Below the pieces are notes generated by a model. It had not been told where the DNA came from, made no database searches, and was given only the letters and a program-made list of their open reading frames with translations. A program made the translations under genes and the position numbers. This document shows positions 22,479 through 34,458 of a stretch of DNA of 64,000 nucleotides, in pieces (positions within the stretch are counted from its first letter, which is position 1; every line of letters starts with the position of its first letter). Origin of the DNA: Cystobasidiomycetes sp. EMM_F5 (lineage: Eukaryota); NCBI GenBank assembly GCA_051047955.1, contig JBPGPT010000022.1:186001-250000 (forward strand). The letters run 5' to 3'.

Positions 22479-23654
22479 ATGAGGCACGGCGTAGCGTTCC
22501 GGAAACTGTCGAGGACGTCGTCGCACCGGGATCTGATGCTGCGCAACATGGTGTCGAGCCTGCTGGAGCACGAGCAGATAAAGACGACGCTCGCAAAGGC
22601 AAAGGAAGCGAGCAGGGTCGCAGAGTGGATCATTACATTGGGCAAGGACGGGAGACTCGCAGACAAGCAGCGCGCGCAGGCATTCCTGATGGTGCGTTTT
22701 GGGGGTTCACTCGTCGGAAAAGTCGCAGTTTCAATTTATTCTTTTGAATTGCTCTAGAACCCGCAAAGAACAGTCCCAAAGCTGTTTACAGAACTCGCTG
22801 CTCGGTACGCACACAGGACAGGAGGCTACACTCGCGTTCACCGGTTTGGACACCGCCAGGGAGACCACGCACCTCACGCAATCCTCGAACTCGTAGATAA
22901 TCCAAACGATCTCAAGTTTGCTCTGACAGCCAAAGCGGTGGGGAGAGAGTTGGCAAAGCTCGCGCTGGCTGGCAACAACTCGATTGCCATCTGGGCGGGC
23001 AAGCCGGGACAGGGAGAGACCTCGACGGTTTCCACTTCAGAGTCACAAGATCCCTCTTTATCCACCTCGCGCATCCAACTCCCTCCCATCTTCAACCACC
23101 TACAACCACGAACGCGCAAGAATGTAATCATGGCAGTCAAGTTCCGCAATGCCTCATCCATACCCTCCGGTCAAGATCCATTGACTGAGCTACAACGTAT
23201 TGCCCGTCAAGCCTTCTTCCACACCAGCGCAGTCAGCAAGTTGCCATCATGGGAACTGGACAATGAGCGAATCCAAGACTTGAGGGCCAATGCTGAAAAG
23301 TTTAGAGAAGGGACACTCTCCACCCCAGTCACTGTACCTGGGTATGGCCGAAAGATATGGGCAGGGCAGGAAGACATCAGCAAGACGATAGCGTACGCTA
23401 AAAGTGCAAACGGAGCAGAAGACAAGGACGAGTGGACCGATATGGATGCGCAAAAACTGAAAGCAGACGAGGCCGAACTGCAAGATATGAAGAATTCACG
23501 CCTAGAGAGGCTGCTACTACTAAAGAGCAAAACAAGACATCCTGAAGGCAGGAATGGTATCAATTCGCAGCGAAGTGCGTTACGCCGAGTCCAAGGCGAT
23601 GCAATGTCGCCTCGTACTCTCGGCGAGCGGTGGAGTAGCAGGGTCTATGCGTAG
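22479..23654 (+). CDS. MRPL8: Mitochondrial ribosomal protein bL17m with C-terminal extension
   Basis: [43 protein letters not shown]; after the intron, [32 protein letters not shown]. Confidence 0.93.
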
Positions 23655-23823
23655 GTAGTGTATGTTGTGCGCTGGACTCTATGGTTGCTTGTGAATGCAG
23701 AGGATGATCGCGATTATGCCGTCTGCGGCGTTGATGCCTTTGACAGACGGATGGGCGGGGCTGAATAGATTCCGTACGGAGCTTGAACCCATTCCATGCG
23801 TGTGATGTACAAAGATGATCCGT

Positions 23824-24393
23824 TCAGACTTGCTTGCTTTTGAGCCATTTGAGTACCTCGTTTGCAGATTCATGAGTCGGAAAGACGGGATACCAAACCT
23901 TGACAATCTCGCCGTCTCTCGCGGCCAACGTGACACGTTTGACCAGCGTATTGCCTTCATAGGTGAAGGTGGGAATGCTCATTGCTTTTGCGAAGCGCAG
24001 CTCGTCGTCGCTCACGAGATGGTATGGCAGACGCAATCTATTTCTCGCTTCCTTCTGATACTCTGTCGACTGCGTACTAAGACCGTACACTTTGTCCACG
24101 CCATGCTTGGCCAGATCATCGCTTGCGTCTCGAAAACTACACGCTTGCGGGGTACATCCTCTCGCCCCGGGAATGCTGTCCCACGAAGCGGGGATACTCT
24201 CTCCAGGTGCGCCAGTACGGGGATAGCAGAAAAGAATAACGAGCCCAGATTCAGTGCTGAGATCCACAGACTCTCCGGAGGTCAGAGGCAGTGATATTGA
24301 TGGCAGCTTCATACCAACGAGGTGAGAGCAAGCGCCGTCATCGAGCGGGACTGGCAAGTCAGCGGGAGTGTTTGCAGCAGAAGTGCTCGTCAT
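23824..24393 (-). CDS. Peroxiredoxin, BCP/PrxQ-like (intronless)
   Basis: DLPVPLDDGAC, FCYPRTG, PGARGCTPQACSFRD (peroxidatic Cys motif), GLSTQ, KRVTL, WYPVFP. Confidence 0.9.
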   Translation of the reverse strand: MTSTSAANTPADLPVPLDDGACSHLVGMKLPSISLPLTSGESVDLSTESGLVILFCYPRTGAPGESIPASWDSIPGARGCTPQACSFRDASDDLAKHGVDKVYGLSTQSTEYQKEARNRLRLPYHLVSDDELRFAKAMSIPTFTYEGNTLVKRVTLAARDGEIVKVWYPVFPTHESANEVLKWLKSKQV

Positions 24394-24507
24394 GGTCAGT
24401 GTTGGAGTGCAGGAAATTTACAGAGTATCGGTAAGAGTCTAACCTGGCAGCTTGACAGCAAACCGACTTCTGATAAATTCACATAATGCTATGCTCAAGT
24501 AGGCAGT

Positions 24508-26092
24508 ATGGCTGCTTCACATTCTCGCAATCCCCCAAGAGTAGCCTACATATCCTCCCCGTCAGCGCGACAAGCTGCCGACAGACTGCCTTCAAATCTC
24601 GACAGGTCGTCGCCTGTTCATAGACTTATTGAAGCGTTTGGCCTGCTAAATCATGACGACACTGAAGACTCCGCGTCGCATCTGGTGGACGCTAACGTAG
24701 CATCGTCCGTTCATGCGGTGAAGGCAACCAGAAATGATCTTCTCCGCTTTCATGACGCCGAGCTAGTAGGAGCTATTTTTTCAACCAATGCAAAGGCATA
24801 GATTCCTAGCGATTGAATGTATTCTGTCGTAGGTCGACGCGCTTTTATCGCCTCAGCCGCGGTCGGACAAATTTACAGCACAAACGACTGCTGCACAAAT
24901 TTCACGCCTGACTCAACCCGACGATTCAGATGTCGCCAACGCCAGACTTGATCATTTTGGTTTAGAATATGCACGTTCGCTGCCCGGTCGATTTACAGAA
25001 AAGTCAGGCTGACTTGTCCACAGGATTGTCCTCGCTTTCCAGAATTGGCGGAGTACGTTTGCGAAATTGCCGGCGGCTCGCTGACAGCTGCGAAAGAGCT
25101 CAGAGAGCAAAGAGCCGATATTGCAATCTTCTGGGACGGCGGCGTGAGCTCAGAGAATGCTACCTTGCCCTGTCTTTTACACACTAATGCGGCCGACGGA
25201 CATAGAGACATCATGCGACAAAGACGCAATGTAATGGCTTCTGCTATGTTAACGACATCGTACTGGCTATTCTCGAATTGCAGAGGCCGCGTCCGAGGTC
25301 GGCCGTAAAACCGGGCGACAAGTCGAGACTATCCAATATACTATACATCGACCTCGACCTGCATCATGGCGATGGAGTTGCCGAAGCATTTATCAACAGT
25401 GCCAACGTCACCACTGTGAGCATACATCACTGGAGCCGAGGTTTCTATCCGTCTGGTGAATACTGCAGACTAAGGAATGCTGGAAGTGCACTTTGGGCTG
25501 ATAGTGGTGATTGATTGAAGAGTCCCATGGTGCCTTGGACTATACCGGCCCGACCGAAGCAACGGTGCCAGGAGCTGGCAGGACCCTGAACATCGTAATT
25601 CCGCAAAGTCAGGCTTCAGGTGATACCCTGATTCGGCTCGTCAATAGCTGTCTCAGACCAATATATGTGGCAGTCGACCCGGATGCAGTCGTCATTCAGT
25701 GCGGTGTGGATGGTCTGGCAGGAGACCCATGTCGGGAATTCAACTATGATTTGCGAAACTTTGGTCGAGCAGTACAAGCCATCCTCTCGTGGGCCGGATA
25801 CTGTGCAGAGGACCATTACAGCACGCGAAAACCGGTACTGTTGCTAGGTGGAGGGGGCTACAATAATGCCAATGCTGCTCGAGCATGGACGTACCTTACG
25901 AGTATTGCGCTGGGCCGTCCTCTCCGGTTGAACGGTTTCATTCCAGATGACTGCAAGGATTGGGACATTTATGGACCGTCATTTGAGCTTGATGTACCAT
26001 GCAACGACAGACAGGATCAGAACACCGAGACTTACCTACTAGACATAGAAGCGGCCTTTCGTACATATGTAGGAAAGCTCAAAAAACGCTAG
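24508..26092 (+). CDS. Class I histone deacetylase (Hos1/HDAC8-like)
   Basis: [54 protein letters not shown]. Catalytic and Zn-binding residues are intact. Confidence 0.92.
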
Positions 26093-26286
26093 TGCAAGAT
26101 GGCGAAATCGTCATAATCCGTACTGCACTCTCGAGTCTGGTCAAAACGATATACACATACAGAAAGCTTACATATATGAAAGGATGGCTACAGAGTATCT
26201 TTACAACGGTTACTAACATTTGGCTACAAATATGGGGCGGAGAGTCTGACTATTAATTCTACTTTAACTCTGAACCATTCTCTCAT

Positions 26287-28197
26287 TCAGAAGAAGGGAC
26301 AGGAAGCCCCATGTTCGTGTCCGTGTGCGTGCTCGGCTCGGTGCTCTCGAGCATGGCGACCGTGGAACTGTGGGACGTCGGCACGGCTGTTGTGGCCGAA
26401 CCAGCCAGGGAACTCTCGAGGAGCGTGGTGACGATGCAAGTGACAGTCACCACGTTCATGATGCTCATGTCTCTCATGATGCTCATGACGTAGATGTGGT
26501 GGTGCCATTGGGTGTTGAAAGTACGGGCCGCGAGCAGGCGGGCCGTGAGCAGGCGGGCCAGGACGTCGCTTCTTGTGATGGTGGCCTGGTGCAGGAGGGG
26601 CTGGCGGAGGTGAACCCCGCTTCTTGTCGTTACTTCGTATATCCATGCCTTCGAAGCCTTCTGCTAGATTGTCGAACGGCTCCTCTTCGTCATCCGACGC
26701 GGTATCAGATTCCTCACATGCATCTCTGGCTTCCCGCTTTTCATCGTAAAAGGCCTTTGCGACGCCGAAAACATCTTGATTCAGCGAGTATCGCCCACCA
26801 TCCATCGCGTGACGACCTCTCATGGTCATGCCGTGGTGGCCATGTCCACGTCCGCCAAACAGACCACGACCGGGAAAACTGTGCGGTCTTCCGCGTCTAC
26901 CAAAAGGCAGGCATCCCGGATGCTCATGAAAGCCATGGTGTTCGTGACCTGGAAGGGCAGGTCCGAAATTGTGATTTGGGAAAGGTGGAGGCGGCGGAAT
27001 ATTGAATTCTGAGTCTTCAGCCCCGTCAAATGCGGGGCAGGGGTGTGGTCTAGAACATGGATCAGGTGAGAGGAAAGGAGGTGGCGGAGGCGGGCAGCCA
27101 GGATGGTAATGAGGACCATGTGGAGCGTGCGGGTAACCGGCACGCGGAGGCGGGTGATGGGGGAGAGGACGCGGTGGCATGCCACGACCCGGTCCTCCGC
27201 GATGATGTGGTCCGCCTCTACCGTGGCCACGGTCACGACCGCGTCCGCCTCGATGTGGTGGAGGACCGTGGTGATGGCCATGTCGGGAGTGAGGAGGCGA
27301 CGGGCCGAAAAGAGCAGGAGCGAGTAAAGCTCCCACGATTCCGCCGGTGAGGCCATCAACGTTTGTAGACTTGTCGCCGTCGGCGGCCTTCTCATTAACA
27401 GCTTCAGCCAGTGCGATGGTAATTGGAGAGTCTAGATCCAGATCCACCTCGTAGCCGTCTTCTTCCCGACCGGCTTCATCAGCGCCCTTCGTGCCACTTG
27501 CAGGCTTGTCGTTGTGTTCCTGTTTGTGTTCATCGTGTATGTGCTTGATGACCTTGCCGAGTGCGTCGTGAACTTCCTTGGAATCGGCAACTTTGGTTTT
27601 GACGACTTTAACGAAAGACTGTACATCGTTCTTAAGTGATGCTCCTTCTTCGAATACTACATCACGTTTGTCTTCTTCAGAGTCGAAGTCCGAGTAGTCG
27701 TTGTCTAATGCAGCGAGGAAATCATGACGGGGGACACCGTCAAACCTGTGCCGAGGGTGGTGATGAAAGTGGCCGGGCAGATGTCGTCTACCGTGATGGA
27801 GCTGTACTATCGTGAAGCGAAGCGGTGGCATTGTGTCTTGGTCGCATTTGCTGCTAGGTGAGCCGACAATGGGCCAAGCCAGTTCCAATTCATCCTGACT
27901 CGAGCTGTAGCAGCGGAGCAGTGTATCAGTAGAATGCCGCGGTCTAACAGCATTCAAGTCGACGTACATTGTCATAATCTCCTTCTCGCCGTCCTCGTAT
28001 GTGATTCCCAAAGCAAAGTCCTTTGGTAGTTCGAATCGCTCAATCAAGGTTGCCTTTAGAGCCGTCCAGCTCGGCACTGGCTCGGCGGGAAGCGACAGGC
28101 GCCTATGCGTCTGAGGAGAATTCGTAAGCCCACCCGAGACGTCTCCTGTATCAGTGTGACTTGCCTTGTCGAGCGTTACTTTGATATCGATAGACAT
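26287..28197 (-). CDS. PB1-domain protein with long His/Pro/Gly/Arg-rich low-complexity region
   Basis: IDIKVT...RRLSLP..PSWTALKATLIERFEL...GITYEDGEKEIMT|ISSQDELELAW is a PB1/OPCA pattern. Contains HEHHER and PPAxG repeats. Confidence 0.75.
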   Translation of the reverse strand: MSIDIKVTLDKASHTDTGDVSGGLTNSPQTHRRLSLPAEPVPSWTALKATLIERFELPKDFALGITYEDGEKEIMTMYVDLNAVRPRHSTDTLLRCYSSSQDELELAWPIVGSPSSKCDQDTMPPLRFTIVQLHHGRRHLPGHFHHHPRHRFDGVPRHDFLAALDNDYSDFDSEEDKRDVVFEEGASLKNDVQSFVKVVKTKVADSKEVHDALGKVIKHIHDEHKQEHNDKPASGTKGADEAGREEDGYEVDLDLDSPITIALAEAVNEKAADGDKSTNVDGLTGGIVGALLAPALFGPSPPHSRHGHHHGPPPHRGGRGRDRGHGRGGPHHRGGPGRGMPPRPLPHHPPPRAGYPHAPHGPHYHPGCPPPPPPFLSPDPCSRPHPCPAFDGAEDSEFNIPPPPPFPNHNFGPALPGHEHHGFHEHPGCLPFGRRGRPHSFPGRGLFGGRGHGHHGMTMRGRHAMDGGRYSLNQDVFGVAKAFYDEKREARDACEESDTASDDEEEPFDNLAEGFEGMDIRSNDKKRGSPPPAPPAPGHHHKKRRPGPPAHGPPARGPYFQHPMAPPHLRHEHHERHEHHERGDCHLHRHHAPREFPGWFGHNSRADVPQFHGRHAREHRAEHAHGHEHGASCPFF

Positions 28198-29117
28198 GTT
28201 CTCGATTAATTGGGGCTGCAGTAAATGATACAGAACTGAGTGGTTCTGGGTGATTGTGTGAGAGAAGAGTGAAAGAGAAGAGCATCAACCGGTTAGGCTG
28301 CCCTTTTGTGCATTTTCTTCGATATCGCGGCGCAGTCCGCAGTCAGACTTGCTGCGGCAACAGCAGCAAGATCAGCAGGCAGCCAAGTCAGCACGGCGAA
28401 CAGCGGGCGCAGCACACGCTTGCGTCAGCTCAATCCTGCGGCATCTGCAGCAGGTATCTGCAGCTATCAGTTGCGCAGCATGGTCTGGACGATGATGTGT
28501 CGATGGTCTCCGGAAGCTGCGCCGGACCATCTCGAAGTGCGTCAATCAGCTGCAGCGGTTCTCGTCATCCAGTGGTTCCATCGTATGCACAGATAGCTGG
28601 TCGCTACTGCCAGCTTCCTCAGTGGATCCGAGTGCATCGAAGCATGTTCCAATACAACAAAGACGAAACCCGAGCGAGATTCCATTCTCTTCAAACCACA
28701 AAGTCGCTTACATTATTCTCTGTCACTACGCATATGTACTCCTGACCTTCCTCTGATTTGCACTCGGCTAGCCGCTGACTGACTCTCTCACGCAATTGAC
28801 TGGTCATCTCAGGCTTGTTCGAAGTCTGAATGCAATCAGCCTGCTTCACCACTGCTGAAGCAAAGTGCGGGTCAGTCCGCCTTCAGTATTGCGCGTGCAT
28901 CACGGTGGTGATTGCGATTTTGGGTCTGGCGCAACCTCCGCATTACGGCAATACAAAGATTAAAGGGGCTGTTGCGATTGTGCGGATTTTCAATGGCTAC
29001 GTCTAGATACGTCATGCTACATTCTAACTCTCTTTCACTGTTTTGCTCTGCACCGGCCGCAGCTGACCCTTTGAACGCATCATCTGGCCAGATGTCTTCT
29101 TTTCTCCACTATTTCCA

Positions 29118-29778
29118 CTACTTCTGCAGATCCAGCTTATCCAGGACCGCTTTTGTGGTAAAATTGATCTTCTCTTGCATAGGCTGATTTGCATACTTTT
29201 CTTCAATGTCGTGGTGCGTTATTGGGCGCGTCCTCACAACCATGATATTGGCAGTATCGCCAGCTAGCGTTCTCACGCTCTTCTCGACATCCTCCTGGTC
29301 TTCAGCTGGAAATCCACCGCCGCAGAATACTAGTCTCGGTTTCGGTTCAGTCAGGGTTGGCAGAACCTTGAGCAATTCATCTTTCGATATCGCGTGATGG
29401 AGGACAGTGTATTCGGGACGAAGGAAAGCAGCGACTGCGAGGATTAAACATTGTTAGCGGGGCACCGTATAATAGACGTAATACCAGCCAATCAGTCGCA
29501 TGTGCATTTCGCGACAGCGTTACCGACAACACACCTTTGCCGCCGACTTCCCTGCTCTTGCCCAGCACTACGATCGGTATGCCCGTACGAGATGCATCCT
29601 GAGGAACCACTGGGTCGCTAAATTTCGTCTTGTCTTGCGCACCAGGCTTGTCTCGTTGAGCGTACATCTCGCTAGATTGCTGATACTCGTCAGATGCCGG
29701 GAATGGAGGATTGTTGGACATTGTGCGGGCGCGGACAGAAGAGTGGAGGGCGCGATGCAGTGAACGTCTTAGGAGCAT
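29118..29778 (-). CDS. Conserved fungal hypothetical alpha/beta protein with a possible mitochondrial presequence
   Basis: MLLRRSLHRALHSSVRART (Arg-rich, no acidic residues), then IPIVVLGKSREVGGK|VAAFLRPEYTVLH...PRLVFCGGGF. Confidence 0.65.
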
Positions 29779-30045
29779 GAAATGTTGGACACTAAGCAAG
29801 CCTATGAACAATCCTGTGTTGGTGTGCAGCGATTGATTACGATGATGAAGTCATCGATCAGGTTTGCAACCCATGCCGCAGCACCTCTGTCGGGCAAAGT
29901 CACAGCGTATTGTTAATGTACTATATCCTGCCCTTCGTATTGCCGCTGCACCCTTTTCATCTGCTTCGAGCAGAGAACAACGAAAAGCAATAATGGACGA
30001 CAATGCAGGATCGAGACCGACAGACACTGCCCAACACCCAACATT

Positions 30046-30992
30046 CTATCGGTTGCTCTTGGCTACACGTTCCAACTCGTCCTTTTTCTGTAGTTAGCGG
30101 AGGAGGGGCGTTTCGAAATCAGTATTACTAGCTCCGGACGGCTTCACAGCTAACTCCAAATTGGCATACCTTGATGGCATATGAGTTGCTGGAACCTTTC
30201 GCCGCGTTGATGATCTCCTCGGCGAGGCATTCCTACAGACACAAGTCAGTCAGTGTGCGAACGCAGACTTTATAGATACTTGCACGCACGGAGATGGACT
30301 TTACATTTCTGAAGGCGGATTCACGGACGCCAATGGTGATGAGCGCTACAGCCTGGTTCACACGGCGCATTGGGGAGACGTCGACGGCTTGACGACGCAC
30401 TGTACCCGCAGAACCGATACGGGTAGAGTCTTCACGGGGACCAGTGTTTACGATGGCGTCTACGAGTACTTGGAGCGGGTTGCTGTCGGTGAGGAGGTGG
30501 ATGATTTCAAAGGCGTGTTGTACGATGCGGACTGCCATCTGCTTCTTGCCGTTGTTGCGGCCGTTCATCATCAACGAGCACACGACTCGCTCGACGATTG
30601 GCATGGCAGACTTTCGAAACTGCTTGGCCGAGTATCGTCCAGCAGTGTGGGGCAGGTAGACTGGTGCCCGGACTTGAATGTAGTCCTGCGTTTGGCGGTA
30701 TAGCCTGTCAGCTCGCATCTCCCTACGCATACTTGTCGCGGATGCGTCTACTGACCGCCAGTGAGATGTCCTTCACATCGACATCGGAAAAGTCCCACTT
30801 TCCAAACAACTTGACGTTGCCCTCCTCAGCCAGTGCTGCGATGTCTGCATAACACACGGTACTCCGTCTCAGCCTGTGACCCTGTTTCTTTCGTTCTTCC
30901 CGGTCGACGCTGCGAGCCGAGTCCTCCGCTCATTTCGACCAGCAGCAGCATATTTAACGAGCAGACATACCCTTGGGTAACGAGAGAGCCAT
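30046..30992 (-). CDS. RPS5: 40S ribosomal protein uS7 (S5)
   Basis: [75 protein letters not shown]. Confidence 0.98.
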
Positions 30993-32295
30993 GGTTGAAG
31001 GTGTGGATAGCGCGGTACGCAGGCCGTCTTCGCAGGTGTCGAGCTTTCGCAATGTCGCGATTCTTCCCTTCTTCCGACTCAATCGCAGAAAAATCAGAGC
31101 GCCAAAGGGGCAAACCAAGAACGCACGCCTTTGCGTGGAAGCATCCGTGTTTTGACAAGTACATTTGTTGCGAGGATAGTAATCGGACCTGCCTCGCCGC
31201 CTGCAATTGGCTCGCTACAGACTATCGATATCAAGCTACTAATCACAGATCTGGTGTCAAGCTGACCTACCATACTGACACACAACGCCAAAGATGCCCA
31301 CAGAGCACGTTGCACATTGCACTTGTGCTTACTCACTGTTGCAATCTCATGGATTATATTTCGCGCAAGATGTACAAAGCTATAGTAACACTTTGACCAT
31401 GCCCCACCTTGGCCGTGCTGTACTTGCAATGCCCAGCTACCGCAATATTAGCTCCGCTACACCTGTGTTATAGAGCATCCGGAATACGCTTCCGCTAACA
31501 TTCATGCTGCATGGTTGACAGCAGACTCCCCTCGTTACCGCAACCCCATCATTTACCGTTCGATGATTTAGGGCACATCATCCCTAGCCAATGCCAGATA
31601 CGACACCGACGCACGCATGACACCAGTCCCAAGGTAGCTGAGACTTTCTCGCTAGGACCGATATGTATGCCACCAACGAAATATTGGGAGGACCCTTGCG
31701 GAGACTTGAGTGTGAGCAGGGACGCAGGTCAAGACTCAGTCCAGAATCATCCGCACGTCGCTAGATTGACTGCTCTCTTCAGCTACAGTACCATACGCAT
31801 TCTGGACGTTGCTCATGACGATTATCTTTCGACTCGCCGGATATGGACGTGCAGGCCAGGAGAGGCAGGCCGATATTATTCGCCACTTCAGAGTCAGGAA
31901 AGCGGTCTCGAAGTCTGGATTGGGTTAGCCAGAGCGCAGTCTGGGTCCGGTTTAGGATAGTTTAAGTTGGTTGTAATTTGCGAGGAGCTGTTGTGTATGG
32001 GTTCCGTAATTCGGAGAGGGAAAATGTTGGGTGTGATAAGTTAAAACAGCAAGGCTCCCTTACGGTCATCCAGGCCTTTGCGACTGTCCGGCGCAGCTGC
32101 AAGACCTGCGTACTCTTGGACTGACGACGTATCATAACCCTGCACCATGTCTGATTGAGAAAGGCTCAGGCCAGGCTCGCCGGCAATCTCCTAGACGTCT
32201 TGTTATCGGTCAAGCTTCCACGGGATCCTCGAGCATTCTATTAGAAGGGTGTTCTAGGCCATATCCATCCATTTCGTGCCCTACAGAACGTCAGT

Positions 32296-34221
32296 ATGCC
32301 TCTCCGAAGACCTTCACTGAGTGCAGGTGCAGAAGAGCCGCTTCCTCCGGCCTGCGGTATCGTTAGCAGTAACGCGTTTCCCGCTGCAAACCCAAAAGCA
32401 ATGCATCAAGCTCCGCACTCCAGTGTGATACCTGCCAAGGTTCAAAGAAATCAGGCGAATTCCGCAGCAGCTTCGCAGAGTTTCTTTGCAAGATTATCTT
32501 CTTCCTTCGCCACCGCACTCAAGACGACGCCCGGAGAGCTCACATTCCCTTCTACACCGCTTGAATGGTCTTGCAGAGGTGATTTCTCCCAGATTTCCGA
32601 TGACTACTGGGGTCCTTCGATTCTCGTCCACGAAGATGTGCCAGTACCGGTAAGGCGTCGTATAGTCATGGAAACTGTATCAGTACACTAATGCATACAG
32701 CTCATTGCGACCTCGTAGTCTTCCTCCCGCCGTGTCCCTTCCTTGACACACTCTAGAACATCGTCATCTGACTCGGCACAGACGGACAGCTCTACAGCAT
32801 CCTTCGAGAAGCACGGCTTTAAACCTCTGCCCCCTTTGCCGGAACACTTTTCCCCAAAGGGTAAAGGTAGACCTGCGTCTGCCTGCTCTTCTGCCTTCCA
32901 TGCTCAATCACTAGCGAGGCAAGGTAGCGGAAACTCAATAAGTGATCTGACAAAGACCATTGGTCATCTCGACCTCGCAGTACACTCCGACTTCAACGCT
33001 GCCTCTCCCGCTTCTTCATCACCCAGTACATTGCGTCGGCCTATTTCCACTCTCACCGGTGGGTCTCCACGTACAATATGGACGCCAAGGATTTCAGTCA
33101 TGGGCACTCCCACTCTTTCCGACGAAGCCTTCACATTTGAATCGACGTTGGCAAATTACGATGCTGTAGATCTGCTGGCAGCTAGACAAGAAGCCCTGGA
33201 CAGACTGAACAATACAAGGCCGCGACCAAAGCGAACACAATCCGTGCGCGACGCCTTCCCCTGGATTCGAGACGTCGATGATGATTCAGACGATGAGACG
33301 GAGCGGACTGTTCCCCTAGCTAGCATCATGGAGAACGGAGATGAGGGGTCTCGGAGACCCTCCATTGAACCTGCTGCGATTACCATAGCATCGAAAGACG
33401 AGCAAGAAGAGGCTGACGAATTATTCGAGGAAATGCTTCATGCGAGCGACAGCAAAGGCACGAAAGCAGTTGCTGAGGGGGAAGACGCGATGTTAGCGAT
33501 ACTGCCCGACCCGCTGGAGACTGAAGCACCAGTGACTGCCTATGGCACTTTGCGTCGCGCCAGCATTAAATCGCAACATACTCTCAAGCTATCGGGCAGC
33601 GGATGGCGAGGCTGGCGGGCAGGAAGCCAACCATGTACACCCGTCTCGGAGGATGTGCCACAGCTCGCAATGCCTGGGGTTACTATTCACCAGTCCGTTT
33701 CACCCACATCCACGACTTTCCAGCCTAGCCCCGATTACTTTGGTACAGCTTTACGCACACGCTTGAATAGCATCTCCGAAACATTGGACGTAAATCCGTT
33801 TCAGCTTTCGTCTTCCAGCACGACAGACTCGTCGGTGAAATCTGCCTCCACACCGAATACGCATAATTTCCCTAAACTCTCTCCCGACTTTAAGTTTGGC
33901 GGACCAGGTGTCTCAAGCTCTGTGGGTATGCAACCCCAACCCGCACTTCTTGCACATATAGCAAATGTGGCAGACACCTTTAGCCTAAGCAACGTCAATG
34001 TGCCGAGGAGAATGAGAGCTGCCAGCGCAAACGAGCTAGGACAGTCCTGCCGCAAAGACAGTGTTACCTCACATACTCAGCGCACGTCTCACCGCAGTCG
34101 ACTTTTACAACGTAAGAATGGTACGCGAGGTCCTTCTCTTCAAATGCGCAGCTTCGATGCCGAGGCCTTGCAACAATTGAGGGATAGCGGGGCTGGTATG
34201 GCTCGTTACGAATGGATCTGA
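32296..34221 (+). CDS. Hypothetical Ser/Pro-rich, largely disordered protein
   Basis: 131-aa and 492-aa ORFs joined in frame by a GTAAGG...CAG intron (about 32650-32700). No domain recognised. Confidence 0.7.
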
Positions 34222-34458
34222 TCCTCTGACCGAAGTAGGAATGGAAGCAGCTTTTGGCGCAGAGGACACGTAGAAGTCGCGATTTGCATTCTAGCTAATC
34301 AATCATTCAGGCAGAAATTCTATGGCTACATAGTTTTAATGCTCCTGCACCTCAATCATCTGTATCACATCACATACTGTAGCAACAACAATTCGTGAAC
34401 AATTCCTAAACGCATACCTTGCAACTGCCAAGAATTCACTAATAGTTGCACTGCCCTT

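Noticed and set aside
26524..26560. 15-nt direct repeats (CGGGCCG[C/T]GAGCAGG)
   Set aside because: These are coding repeats (PPAHG/PPARG) within the low-complexity PB1 protein, not a CRISPR or mobile-element feature.
28254..29000. ORFs and recurring ATCTGCAGC-like words upstream of the PB1 gene
   Set aside because: No coherent coding signal. The repeats are short and irregular, with no spacer-array or transposon-end structure.
31000..32290. ORFs in the 1.3-kb divergent interval between RPS5 and the hypothetical gene
   Set aside because: The translations are not protein-like and give no consistent splice model. This is probably promoter/UTR sequence.
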